Source of the DNA: a virus
Strand: one strand, 5' to 3'
Length of the DNA: 64,000 bases
IMG/VR virus record: IMGVR_UViG_3300046450_001953
Coordinates: 3,414 to 67,413 of that record
The first letter of the stretch is position 1, and every line of letters starts with the position of its first letter. The position numbers and the translations under genes are program-made. Positions 8,948 to 18,658 of the stretch are shown piece after piece. A model generated the notes under the pieces. The model was not told the DNA's origin, ran no database searches, and saw only the letters and a program-made list of their open reading frames with translations.

Positions 8948-10203
8948 TCCACGAATACCTTTGTAAATTTAAATTGGTCTCTGGGTGTAAACGTCTCTAT
9001 TGTATGATGTATACCTTGGCCAATGGATTTACACATTTGTCTGGTTGTAAATTTATTAGTTTCCAAAAAATTGTCAGAATCACTCATGTCAATGTCACCA
9101 CAAGAAATCCGTGAATACATTTGGCCAATGGCCGCCGATATATCAATGGATGAGCATATATCCGAATATATATACGGAGTTTTCTGCGTACCAGATAATA
9201 AGCGAATCGTGGGTTCTATCTTTTCTGCCCATCGTTTATCATATTGGTCCTTTAACCCCCCTGTGTGTGATATTATTATAGGAGTTTTCGCAGCGACTGA
9301 TTCAAGGGTTGCTAAACCAAACCCCTCGGCCGATGCAACATTTATAGTGCAATGTGCCAGGTTGTACATATTATTTAAAACGGACTCGGTGACCGTTTCA
9401 CTTGATAGAAATACGGGTAAGTCGGGAAATAAATCATCAAGCAAGCAATTTATGTCGGGACCAGTCGGTGAGTCTGGGTTGGTGTGCAATAACAAAGCAA
9501 CTCCTCCCTTATCACACTCGGATACGGAATTTTCGTAGAATACAGAAAACCCCTCAATTAAATTTGCAAGTTGTTTACGTGATGTGTTAGCATTATTACA
9601 GAACAAAACAAACTTATAGTCTTGACCAAGGAAATCTATTCTATTGTGTATTATTTGTTTATCGGGTTGTTGATGATATATTTTTGTATTAACTCCGTGA
9701 GGTACAAGTGTGTAGTTTGTATGCTCTGGACATATTTTTTCAATACATTTTTTTGTAGTAATGCTTATACATCCAACCCAGTCGCAACTATTGTATATTG
9801 ATTTTAAAAACTTTGGATATGGGTCGTTGTCCCACACATGATAATATAATAATGGACAAACGGTTCTAACTTCATGTTCTATTTCAAATAACCAACCATA
9901 ACGATGTGGGTCCGTCATAATAACCACCGCGTCAGGTGATTCCATAAGCAATGTGCTTCTAAGTTGATCAGCTGAAGAATATCCGTTAGTTTCATGTAAT
10001 CGGACCGATGAGTTGGTATGACCTGTAATTTTTGATACAGATTCGGATACATCTACTATACTTGGATTTGTTCGTGATTTCCCACACGCAAGTTGCACGA
10101 AATCGAAGTCAGATACTAAATGAAGTATGATTTGTTTTAAGATGTTTGCCACACCGGTCGTGTGACGTATATCGTCCCCAATTAATAAAATCTTATTTTT
10201 CAA
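8944..10203 (-). CDS. GT-B fold (family 4) glycosyltransferase
   Basis: DDIRHTTGVA, VPHGVN, RKQ and AEGFGLATLES motifs. Confidence 0.88.
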   Translation of the reverse strand: MKNKILLIGDDIRHTTGVANILKQIILHLVSDFDFVQLACGKSRTNPSIVDVSESVSKITGHTNSSVRLHETNGYSSADQLRSTLLMESPDAVVIMTDPHRYGWLFEIEHEVRTVCPLLYYHVWDNDPYPKFLKSIYNSCDWVGCISITTKKCIEKICPEHTNYTLVPHGVNTKIYHQQPDKQIIHNRIDFLGQDYKFVLFCNNANTSRKQLANLIEGFSVFYENSVSECDKGGVALLLHTNPDSPTGPDINCLLDDLFPDLPVFLSSETVTESVLNNMYNLAHCTINVASAEGFGLATLESVAAKTPIIISHTGGLKDQYDKRWAEKIEPTIRLLSGTQKTPYIYSDICSSIDISAAIGQMYSRISCGDIDMSDSDNFLETNKFTTRQMCKSIGQGIHHTIETFTPRDQFKFTKVFVE

Positions 10204-10209
10204 ACACTC

Positions 10210-10238
10210 ATACTATTAAACAAAATAATATAAGTCAA
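10210..10238 (-). promoter_or_regulatory. Sigma70-like promoter TTGACT-N17-TAGTAT
   Basis: On the minus strand, -35 at 10238-10233 and -10 at 10215-10210, 6 nt before the TTG start at 10203. Confidence 0.5.
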
Positions 10239-10243
10239 CTATT

Positions 10244-10441
10244 TTAATACTTCGGGTCGTTCTCAAATATTTTCACAGCATCAAGTTTCTTTTCAAACGA
10301 GTCATCGTTTAAGTATTTTTCAATTGCCCGATTGACAAGCTTTTGCAGAGTCATTTGGGAATCAATTGTTTTCAACTTAAACTTGGAGTAGTTTTCAGAA
10401 AGCACCTTAACGGTAGTTAACTTGTAGTTTGCATCATTCAT
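10244..10441 (-). CDS. Small ribbon-helix-helix-like DNA-binding protein
   Basis: KLTTVKV beta strand followed by two amphipathic helices (SENYSKFKLKTI; TLQKLVNRAIEKYL). Confidence 0.6.
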   Translation of the reverse strand: MNDANYKLTTVKVLSENYSKFKLKTIDSQMTLQKLVNRAIEKYLNDDSFEKKLDAVKIFENDPKY

Positions 10442-10503
10442 TGTAAATAAATATACACAAGCTCAAAAAAAAATTATAAAAACTATAAAAACTTTGGGAT
10501 ACA

Positions 10504-10863
10504 TTAGGATTCACTTGTCCACTTCGGTGGAGTTAGTGGACATTTGCTAGTTGCAAGTAACAACTTACCACTACTGCACCCACATTTTGCACACTTAGCT
10601 ATTTTTGTTTTTTTAAACTCTCGCCAATACTCACACCCTCTACATATTGATAATCGTCTATTCCATTGCTCACTTGTTACAACGGGACGTCCAGCTCGTT
10701 GCCAATCAACAAGAGCCCTCGTTAAATTATTAGCCAAATCAACAAACCCGGTGGGTTTATCTGAAGTTGGTTGATTATCTGGTTCTGGGTGATGTGGTTG
10801 GGGTGAGTTTGTTGCGCCCTCATCATCAAGTTTCTTGTATCTTTTGAAAAATCGTTTTGTCAT
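10504..10863 (-). CDS. Cys-rich small protein (DUF6171-like)
   Basis: RRLSICRGC...KCAKCGC...K......CP...KW pattern. Confidence 0.65.
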   Translation of the reverse strand: MTKRFFKRYKKLDDEGATNSPQPHHPEPDNQPTSDKPTGFVDLANNLTRALVDWQRAGRPVVTSEQWNRRLSICRGCEYWREFKKTKIAKCAKCGCSSGKLLLATSKCPLTPPKWTSES

Positions 10864-10901
10864 TTCTAAATAATATTATTGTTTTAAATATACTTATAGA
10901 T

Positions 10902-11216
10902 ATGGGTAATAAAGTTTTTAAAATTCCAAATGATAACCAAATTCTAAAAAAAGATATTGCAAAACGGAAATCAGTATATATGTTACATGTATACGAATGT
11001 TTCAAGCAAATAACAGAAGACGGCATACCCAGCAAGATAAATGTATTTAGTTTTAATGACACTAATTTGGAAGTCATCATAAAAAAAGAAAGTTATACAG
11101 TTAATTTGAAAAACCTCATAAAATATTTTACTGATATTGAAGAATATGAAATCTGTACAGTACTATCGAATAAGCTTAAAGCGCTTAATAAAAACAGTAA
11201 TAATAAAGACTTATAA
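10902..11216 (+). CDS. Hypothetical phage protein (UVR-like C-terminus)
   Basis: ATG at 10902. C-terminal YFTDIEEYEICTVL resembles EeYE.C helical-hairpin motifs. Confidence 0.6.
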   Translation: MGNKVFKIPNDNQILKKDIAKRKSVYMLHVYECFKQITEDGIPSKINVFSFNDTNLEVIIKKESYTVNLKNLIKYFTDIEEYEICTVLSNKLKALNKNSNNKDL

Positions 11217-11257
11217 GTTATAACACACTTTATAAGCCATAACGCGGAGAAAACACG

Positions 11258-12007
11258 ATGTCAAGGAAAAAAACAAAAACGGTAAACAAGAATCTCTTGG
11301 CTAATGCCCACATTGAATCAGAAATTCACGGCAACCAACTAGCCAGACCAATAAAGGTAAAGGCAAACAAACCGTTCACAGACAAGCAAAAGCACTTCAT
11401 CTCTATAGTTATGGACGAGGAGACTAAGCTTATATTTGTAGACGGACCGGCCGGTACGGCAAAAACATGGCTAAGTGTGTATTGCGGACTGCAACTATTC
11501 CAAGAAAGTATAATAGAAGAAATGATATATGTAAGAAGTGCAGTTGAAAGCTCCGACTCGAAACTTGGATTTTTACCGGGAGCTCAAGATGATAAAATGG
11601 CCCCGTATCTAGAACCATTTAAAGATAAACTAGAAGAATTACTTGATCCAATAGATATTAAATATTTACAAGAAGAAGAACGGATATATGGGATTCCTGT
11701 AGGTTTTCTCCGTGGTGCAAGTTGGGAAAACAAGTTTATTCTAGTAGACGAGGCACAGAACCTATCTGAAAAGGAATTAATAACCATTATGACCCGTATA
11801 GGTGAAAAGTGTAAAGTATTTATATGTGGAGATGCCATGCAAAGTGATATTGGCAACCGCAGTGGGTTTAACAATATTCTGGATTTATTTCACGATGAGG
11901 TGTCAAAAACACACGGAATACAGACATTTAAGTTCACAGAAGACGATATTGTACGCAGTCAATTGGTAAAATTTATAATTACTAAGTTAAAAAGTTTGTC
12001 GAAATAA
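11258..12007 (+). CDS. phoH: PhoH-family ATPase
   Basis: GPAGTAKT, LGFLPG, FLRG, DEAQN, TRIGE, GD..QSD and DIVRS motifs. GGAG RBS upstream. Confidence 0.95.
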   Translation: MSRKKTKTVNKNLLANAHIESEIHGNQLARPIKVKANKPFTDKQKHFISIVMDEETKLIFVDGPAGTAKTWLSVYCGLQLFQESIIEEMIYVRSAVESSDSKLGFLPGAQDDKMAPYLEPFKDKLEELLDPIDIKYLQEEERIYGIPVGFLRGASWENKFILVDEAQNLSEKELITIMTRIGEKCKVFICGDAMQSDIGNRSGFNNILDLFHDEVSKTHGIQTFKFTEDDIVRSQLVKFIITKLKSLSK

Positions 12008-12043
12008 TATTTATATATCATATAAGAATATATGTATATTTAT
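12007..12043 (+). promoter_or_regulatory. Two copies of the ATATTTAT motif (putative phage-specific late promoter)
   Basis: ATATTTAT at 12007 and 12036. The same octamer recurs on the sense strand upstream of many genes (see findings). Confidence 0.55.
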
Positions 12044-12071
12044 AGATTCAGTAGATCTCCCCACTTTACCA

Positions 12072-13949
12072 ATGGCTAACCAGAAAATAACCGACCTAAA
12101 TAGATTAAACAAACTTGAACCAGAAGATTTGTTTATTGTGGTGGATACAGACTCCAAATCTAATTCAGCATCACCCACCGGAGAGACCAAAGGAATATCC
12201 GCAACATCACTTGCCTTGGAACTAACCAAGATAGCAAATAACGAAGTTGGTATTGATTTTAAAAACCTACGAGACGTGCCCGATACCTACGAAGAAAATC
12301 GTGGTGGTTATATCAAAATAAGAAACGATGGATCGGGCATCGAATTTACAGACTCACCAGGAGCCTCCGAACAATCATTTGCAGGAAACTATTTACAAAC
12401 CCATGTTAATGGTGAATTACAAACATATGAAGTTGGTGACATTTTATATGCATCGAGTTCAAATAAATTTGCCAAAGCAACAAGTACATCCCTAGACGAA
12501 GCTGAGGCCGTGGGTATTATCCGCAAGGTAAAGCTCTCGGAGAATAGCACACAAAAAAATCCACTAATTGAAAAATTCAGTTTAGTGTTTAATGGTTTCA
12601 TAAGTTGGGAGTGGGACGAAGAAACTATTGGTGGTCCACTTTCTATTGAAAAACGACCCATTGACCCCAACGATACCCAGATGACCAGAATTTATAAAAA
12701 TCAATTATTAATTCCTGGGTTGACATATTTTCTGGGCACGCGTGGCACTCTTATTGAATTTGACCCCAGTGATTTTCTCCAAGATGCAGTTGTAGTCTCC
12801 AAACCCATGTTGATTGCATCTTCCAAAACATCAGGTGTTCTTGTAAACTATCGTGGGTTGGTATGCAACTCAGATGAACAGGCCTCGAAGTTTGTTGTAT
12901 ATGAACCATCCGCATGTAATAGCATAAAGACAGGTGATGTACTTCGGATCAAGCGATCATCCGTCCGCACGAAAATTGATAACTTTACTACCACATCAAC
13001 ATATGACACCTCACTTATAGAAGAATCCGTGTTACCAAACTTCCTCGGTCGGGAAAGTGGAACTACACAATATGCGTTATGTAACTCAGCTGCTCAGATG
13101 AAACTCACAGGTGACGATGCTCCCGTTGAAGACGATAATTATGGATGTGATATGTTGGGTATTGTAATAAACTCAACTAGTGACTTTTTTGAAATACAAA
13201 CCAGTGGCATGGTTGAATTCGCACCGCCTTCATACGAGGCCCGACTCACCACCGAAAACGACAACGGTACCAAGACGACCCGCACCGAAACCCATGTACT
13301 CGACCAACTATTTTTAACTGGGTACACCTATTATATAGAATCGTTCCCAATCAACGCAGACCAATTGGCTGCCACGAACCAAACAACGGAACTTAGAAAC
13401 TCTATCTATGACTACTCGGCCGAGGAAATCGGTGGTTATATTATGAAAGAAAATACACTGATTACCACGAAGCTAAAACCATTGATGAACGGGACCTCCC
13501 CATTTAGGAACACAGCCGCAATCAGTCCGTTTTCACGATCACATACTTCAGGTCAGGTCTTGGCGTATGCAAAACCGGCATTTTATGCGGTGTCACCAAC
13601 CAAGATACTTATACTTAATCAACAAGCATATCCAAATCCAAAGGATGCTTGTAATTCAATTGACCCCACAAGTGGGAGTCCGTGTACACCACACAGACAA
13701 CGACATGAACAGAGTTTCACCGTAAACCGCAGTAGGTTATTTACTGGTCAAACCGAACTTGAGAGTTTTTCAAGTAAGTTTCTAAATGTTGCTTGGCCAA
13801 GTGCGAGTACACACGATAAAAGCATAATAACCTTTATATTTGAATACACACAGGACGGAGAGCAACACGAACAATTTGAATCACATGAGTATGTAAAAAT
13901 GGATGCAACCGATGGTTCATTTTGGACATATGTAAGGAAAATTTCATAA
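12072..13949 (+). CDS. Virion structural protein (fibre/decoration-like)
   Basis: N-terminal KITDL...DLFIVVD...TKGI motif typical of phage fibre N-termini, plus two copies of a GDxxY...A.GI...G..Y(F/Y)...KP module. Confidence 0.65.
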   Translation: MANQKITDLNRLNKLEPEDLFIVVDTDSKSNSASPTGETKGISATSLALELTKIANNEVGIDFKNLRDVPDTYEENRGGYIKIRNDGSGIEFTDSPGASEQSFAGNYLQTHVNGELQTYEVGDILYASSSNKFAKATSTSLDEAEAVGIIRKVKLSENSTQKNPLIEKFSLVFNGFISWEWDEETIGGPLSIEKRPIDPNDTQMTRIYKNQLLIPGLTYFLGTRGTLIEFDPSDFLQDAVVVSKPMLIASSKTSGVLVNYRGLVCNSDEQASKFVVYEPSACNSIKTGDVLRIKRSSVRTKIDNFTTTSTYDTSLIEESVLPNFLGRESGTTQYALCNSAAQMKLTGDDAPVEDDNYGCDMLGIVINSTSDFFEIQTSGMVEFAPPSYEARLTTENDNGTKTTRTETHVLDQLFLTGYTYYIESFPINADQLAATNQTTELRNSIYDYSAEEIGGYIMKENTLITTKLKPLMNGTSPFRNTAAISPFSRSHTSGQVLAYAKPAFYAVSPTKILILNQQAYPNPKDACNSIDPTSGSPCTPHRQRHEQSFTVNRSRLFTGQTELESFSSKFLNVAWPSASTHDKSIITFIFEYTQDGEQHEQFESHEYVKMDATDGSFWTYVRKIS

Positions 13950-14344
13950 TGGGATCACTATACGACATAGGAAATTTTAGGTATAAGCATTTTACCTTCT
14001 ATTCATGCAAACAAACAGACGGAGGTGATTCGTGCGCTGGGTCTCCTCCAATTAGCATCGATGCCGAAGGAAATGAGGTGGACGAAATAATAAACTTTCT
14101 GGATAGAACCTGGCCACACAAAGGTCTTTTTATAGGGGATAGTTCAGAGGGTGACTATAGTTTTGTTACATATGTATCCCAAACCGCAGAGAAACTTGAG
14201 GTGGACCAGATATACATATACAAACGAGTTAGGGCAATCAATGTGGCAGGTAGTTCAAGCACAGAAACAAAGTATCATCTGGTTTGGGAACGGGTAATAG
14301 ACCCTGTCAAATCACTTAAACCAGGAATAACACAGAATATTTAA
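13949..14344 (+). CDS. Hypothetical structural protein
   Basis: TAATG coupling to the upstream gene. Shares an FL..xWP...D...T...Y.K...W module with the C-terminus of 12072-13949. Confidence 0.6.
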   Translation: MGSLYDIGNFRYKHFTFYSCKQTDGGDSCAGSPPISIDAEGNEVDEIINFLDRTWPHKGLFIGDSSEGDYSFVTYVSQTAEKLEVDQIYIYKRVRAINVAGSSSTETKYHLVWERVIDPVKSLKPGITQNI

Positions 14345-14354
14345 GGAAACGGTT

Positions 14355-16511
14355 ATGTCAAATTCAGCATTTAATATGTCAAAGTGTGGTTCGGGTGGAG
14401 GATCTGGATCATCATGTAATTCAACCGGGTGGACAGAAATACAACCCACAGACGGCAACGACATCACTGTTGTGTCAACGGACAAATTACGAGAAGCACT
14501 CCGGGAGATTTACTTGGAAGACAAGCAAGACCACATAACTCAAGTCGCAGACATCGTAAAGTTGGTATACGATTGCCCAAAGGAAGGTGACGCAGTATTT
14601 TACAACGCAACTAAGGGTGGTTATGATTTAGCATCTGCTGAGATTGACAATTCAAACTACTTTAAGGATCCAGAACACTTAATCGAATCTCTTGCGATAG
14701 TAGAGAAGGTCAGAGTTACTTGCCAAGACGGCCAAGATGTCCCCGACGCCGGATATACCGCAAAGGTGGTATTTTTCGGCAAGATAACATTTTCAGAGGA
14801 CTCTCCTGAGTTAGATCCGGGTATGGTATATTATCTTGCGAATCAAACGGCCATACTGAATACCGCAGGATCCAAGTTCAAACCAGTCGGGTCAAATGCG
14901 GTTCATGCGTTTTTTGAACCTACAATCAGCAAACCATTGTTTGTATCCACCGGAACACACACCGCAATAGTGACAAACTACCGACCGTTAACGGGTTCAC
15001 CGACAGGTGGACGTGAAATACTAGAGGAATATAGTCTAAGAATCGATCCCCATGTCTATAACGACTCAGATGGAAACTTCATCTCCACGGGATGGAAAAT
15101 CAGAGTTGATAACACAGGTACCGTTTCGAGTCGCAACCACTTGCTTCTTCAAATTGAGTACAACAAACTTGAGGGCCCTCAATCTACATCACATGAGCAG
15201 CTAATAGGATCTGAAACATATGTGCATCACATTGATATCGGAATTCTGCATAACGAAGCTGAGGCGGGAGTAAAGGATGATGACGAAATTGAATACTTCA
15301 AAATAATTGACTTCAACAAAGCCTCCACCGAGTATTGTACAGGGATAGGTGAAGTTTCTGTAAAACTCAAGGTCATAACACAATCTACTGCAAATATAAA
15401 TATTAAAGATAAGTTAGCTTCCCCCGAGGTTCTTCTTACAAATGCCGATGATATAAAGGCAAGTAGAATAGTACCAACACTTGAGTGGAGAGGTAGTTGT
15501 GCAGACAACCTTGACAATGACAACGACATATTTGTTAAAGGGAATCAAAAGCACTCCGATATAGAATATGAAGAAGGTTCGGTGTTTGAAGTAAAACTGG
15601 TAAACTCAGTAATCGACGCAGTTGGTGGAGATGACCAATATCAATTTAAGGTAGAGATGCCGTACAACATAGGATTCAAGGTGGATGCTCTGATTGAAAA
15701 CTCCCAAGGAGAATATGAATCAGACCCCGAGTGGAGTCCTATTACAAATTCATTCGGACTTTCACTGCCAGACAAGGAACTCATAGAAATCATACCAGTT
15801 TCCTCGGCCGGCACTACGATAGTGGAAAAGAATCTTCGTATTTCTGCAACAAAAATTAATGGCGATGAACTACCCGACACACACTGGGCAAACATTTATT
15901 CGGCCACAAAACTTAGTAACAATCGTGTACTTTGTCTTTCAAACTCATGTTGCATTGACGAATACGAACAATTTATACCAGAGAATTCAAACTCTATTGA
16001 CAAATCGATTACATCAATATTAACCGATGGAGACTCCGCACTTATTAACAACAAGGATGGCGCAACATTCCATAGCAAGGGAGTAAATAGACCATCTTGG
16101 TCAGGGTCTAAATCATCAACAGGAACTGCAATGGGACTGTCATGGAAGAATTGCAGAGAAAATACGATATTCTGCTACCCACCGACCAACCAAGGGACTA
16201 CCGCATCCTTCATGACAATTTACGCAGACGAGGCCCGAGTCATAACGGATATAGTAACACATGAGAAGGTGGATAACGAATCGCAGTTTTATGACCCACG
16301 ATACACTCTCATGGAAATAGGCGCACAAAACACACTTGATGGCCACCATGTTAGACTAACGGTAAACTCGGGTTCATCGGTGGTAGGTGCAAAAGAAACT
16401 TGTTATGTATTTAAGTTCAACGGAAGTAATCTTGGGACCCACTTCACACTGGAAGAATTAAGGCAACTTGATCCATCTTTTTCGGAACGGGAAATACAAA
16501 GTTCTGAGTAA
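14355..16511 (+). CDS. Virion structural protein with a C-terminal copy of the SWKNxRE repeat domain
   Basis: N-terminal module is paralogous to 12072-13949. C-terminal LSWKNCREN...FMTIY...EIGAQNTLDG...GTHFTLEEL. Confidence 0.7.
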   Translation: MSNSAFNMSKCGSGGGSGSSCNSTGWTEIQPTDGNDITVVSTDKLREALREIYLEDKQDHITQVADIVKLVYDCPKEGDAVFYNATKGGYDLASAEIDNSNYFKDPEHLIESLAIVEKVRVTCQDGQDVPDAGYTAKVVFFGKITFSEDSPELDPGMVYYLANQTAILNTAGSKFKPVGSNAVHAFFEPTISKPLFVSTGTHTAIVTNYRPLTGSPTGGREILEEYSLRIDPHVYNDSDGNFISTGWKIRVDNTGTVSSRNHLLLQIEYNKLEGPQSTSHEQLIGSETYVHHIDIGILHNEAEAGVKDDDEIEYFKIIDFNKASTEYCTGIGEVSVKLKVITQSTANINIKDKLASPEVLLTNADDIKASRIVPTLEWRGSCADNLDNDNDIFVKGNQKHSDIEYEEGSVFEVKLVNSVIDAVGGDDQYQFKVEMPYNIGFKVDALIENSQGEYESDPEWSPITNSFGLSLPDKELIEIIPVSSAGTTIVEKNLRISATKINGDELPDTHWANIYSATKLSNNRVLCLSNSCCIDEYEQFIPENSNSIDKSITSILTDGDSALINNKDGATFHSKGVNRPSWSGSKSSTGTAMGLSWKNCRENTIFCYPPTNQGTTASFMTIYADEARVITDIVTHEKVDNESQFYDPRYTLMEIGAQNTLDGHHVRLTVNSGSSVVGAKETCYVFKFNGSNLGTHFTLEELRQLDPSFSEREIQSSE

Positions 16512-17233
16512 TGAGCATTGGTATTGTAATACCAACTTACAAACTCTGCAAGTATAGGTTAGAAAACCTTGCATTCAACCTCCGCCACATGGTTGCATCG
16601 GGAATTCCCAACATCTATGTGGTTGAACAACTCTCCGAAGATGAATCGGTAAGACGCGTCCTAGAATCCTTTCCCCGTGTTCGTTATATCACCAAATCTA
16701 TCGAAGGGGGGGTATTTAATAAGTCTAAGTTGATTAACTACTCAGTAAATGAATTGCAGTTTGAGTATATATGGATATATGATGTTGATGTATTTATGGA
16801 TACCAAGTTTGTAATCCGTAGTATACCCGACTCAGTTGATGTAGTTCGTCCGTTTGAGAAGATAATAATGCTAAATGAAACCGAATCAGAAAAACTTAAA
16901 CGCACCGATTTGATATATTTGGATAAACGAAGTTATGACGGATATAATAGCTTTGGTAAGTTTTCACTTATACTAAAACGAGACATATTTGAAAAAGTTG
17001 GAGGATACGATGAAACTTTCCAAGGTTGGGGATTTCAAGACTTGGATTTAACTCAACGCATACCCAATGGTTGCTATGAGGGGTATATGACTAACACTGG
17101 ATTCCATATGTGGCATCCCCGGCCATCAACTGAATTTTATCAAACAAACAAGACCTCGTTTACAAAACGGCACTCCGGTGTAACTAAACCACCAAGAAAA
17201 AAGAAAAAAAAGAATTTGCTTGATAGTTTCTAA
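16511..17233 (+). CDS. GT-A glycosyltransferase (family 2 / galactosyltransferase C-terminal type)
   Basis: FNKSKLIN, IYDVD, GGYDETFQGWGFQDLD and HMWH motifs. Confidence 0.85.
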   Translation: MSIGIVIPTYKLCKYRLENLAFNLRHMVASGIPNIYVVEQLSEDESVRRVLESFPRVRYITKSIEGGVFNKSKLINYSVNELQFEYIWIYDVDVFMDTKFVIRSIPDSVDVVRPFEKIIMLNETESEKLKRTDLIYLDKRSYDGYNSFGKFSLILKRDIFEKVGGYDETFQGWGFQDLDLTQRIPNGCYEGYMTNTGFHMWHPRPSTEFYQTNKTSFTKRHSGVTKPPRKKKKKNLLDSF

Positions 17234-17248
17234 AAATATATATATTAT
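17220..17248 (+). promoter_or_regulatory. Sigma70-like promoter TTGATA-N17-TATTAT
   Basis: The -10 element ends 7 nt before ATG 17256. Confidence 0.5.
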
Positions 17249-17255
17249 ATATTAT

Positions 17256-17927
17256 ATGAAAAATTATACGGAATCTCAACTTGAAGAAAACTACAAGCAG
17301 TTTTTAGACTTTATTGAAAAAACCTTTACGGGTGAACGGCAGGAAAAGCTGCTGTATATGTATGGAACTGATGATGGGTGTCTAGGTCTTCGTGCGTTAA
17401 CATCACCCGCAAGTAGCATAGATAGGTTTCACAACGCATACGATGGTGGTTATATTGACCACGTCCTTGGGGTATGTAAGACCGTAAGGGGAGTCAAGGT
17501 CTTATTGCAGAGCATAGGGGCCCACATCGACTTCACCGATGACGAAATGATGTTCGCTGCATTCAACCACGACTTAGGAAAACTTGGGACACCCGATGGG
17601 GAACAATATGTACACAACGAAAGTGAGTGGCATAGAAAAAACCAGGGCAAGTTATACAACATCAACCCAGACATTCACTGGATGACCGTTACAGATAGGT
17701 CGGTCTGGTTACTTCAACACTTTGATATTAAAATAACCGAAAAGGAATTCATCGGGATCAAGTTATCCGATGGTATGTATGATGACTCAAATATTCAGTA
17801 CCTAAAATCCTTTTCAAAAGAGGTCGGACTAAAGACCGAACTACCCAGAGTAATTCATTGGGCAGACCACATGACCTGTCTTGCAGAGAAGTCAACTATG
17901 GATGATATTATGAAGTTCACTCCATAA
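17256..17927 (+). CDS. HD-domain phosphohydrolase
   Basis: PAS...HNAYDGGYIDHV...NHDLGKLG...HWAD motifs. Confidence 0.85.
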   Translation: MKNYTESQLEENYKQFLDFIEKTFTGERQEKLLYMYGTDDGCLGLRALTSPASSIDRFHNAYDGGYIDHVLGVCKTVRGVKVLLQSIGAHIDFTDDEMMFAAFNHDLGKLGTPDGEQYVHNESEWHRKNQGKLYNINPDIHWMTVTDRSVWLLQHFDIKITEKEFIGIKLSDGMYDDSNIQYLKSFSKEVGLKTELPRVIHWADHMTCLAEKSTMDDIMKFTP

Positions 17928-17931
17928 AATT

Positions 17932-17962
17932 TGACATATTTAGGTTTATATAGTATATTTAT
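17932..17962 (+). promoter_or_regulatory. Overlapping sigma70-like (TTGACA-N17-TATATT) and ATATTTAT promoters of hsp20
   Basis: TTGACA at 17932, TATATT at about 17954, ATATTTAT at 17955. Confidence 0.55.
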
Positions 17963-17968
17963 ATTATA

Positions 17969-18017
17969 GAGCAACGCTCAATTGAGGTTGCTTGCTGGAT
18001 GCCCACATCGGGGTTCA
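17969..18017 (+). promoter_or_regulatory. Structured 5' leader of hsp20 (two hairpins)
   Basis: GAGCAAC-G-CTC-aatt-GAG-GTTGCTT and TGGAT-G-CCC-acatc-GGG-GTTCA. Confidence 0.55.
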
Positions 18018-18038
18018 TAACCATAACAGGACATAATA

Positions 18039-18533
18039 ATGAAAAAGTATATAGGAAAATCCACCGGAGCCGGATTTAATAAACAGGTTCCCAATTTAAG
18101 AGATGAATTTTTAACACCATTCGACTCGTTGTTTGACAAAGTAGTCAATCAGGCATTTCCAACATTCAGTCAAGAGTTTGGGGTGAATTTCTTCGGAAAT
18201 AGTTCATACCCCCGTGTAAATGTTGCCGACTTAAAGAACGAAGTTCTTATTGAGGCCGAAATTGCGGGTCTTAGCAAAGACGATGTCTCGGTTGAATATG
18301 CAGACGGAATGCTCACCATCTCGGGTGACAAAAAAACTGAACTTGATGACGCAGATATAAGATATGTTTACAAGGAGTTAAAGAGATCTTCTTTCAAACG
18401 TTCGTTTCGAGTTGATGAAGTGACCCTTGATGTAGAAAATATTACTGCAAAATTTGACAACGGAATATTGAATGTCATTATCCCAAAGAAAGAAGTTATT
18501 GAAACCAAGTCAAAAAAGGTAAAAATCCTTTAA
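18039..18533 (+). CDS. hsp20: Small heat-shock protein (Hsp20/alpha-crystallin)
   Basis: YPRVNV...IEAEIAGLSKDDVSV...LTISG...FKRSF...AKFDNGILNVIIPK. Confidence 0.95.
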   Translation: MKKYIGKSTGAGFNKQVPNLRDEFLTPFDSLFDKVVNQAFPTFSQEFGVNFFGNSSYPRVNVADLKNEVLIEAEIAGLSKDDVSVEYADGMLTISGDKKTELDDADIRYVYKELKRSSFKRSFRVDEVTLDVENITAKFDNGILNVIIPKKEVIETKSKKVKIL

Positions 18534-18560
18534 ACTTGGTTAAAAATACTTCAATAATTC

Positions 18561-18590
18561 AAGAGGGTACAAACTTTACCTTCTTTTTTT
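18561..18590 (+). terminator. Intrinsic terminator after hsp20
   Basis: AAGAGGGTA-caaactt-TACCTTCTT hairpin running into a T tract. Confidence 0.7.
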
Positions 18591-18658
18591 ATAATTATAT
18601 TATATTTATCTAAGAGTGCGACGAATGTGTAAAGCTTAACTAGGAGATATATATTATT

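Noticed and set aside
2002-9538. Plus-strand ORFs overlapping the glycosylation island (2002, 3053, 5501, 9023 and others)
   Set aside because: They are antisense shadows of well-supported minus-strand genes.
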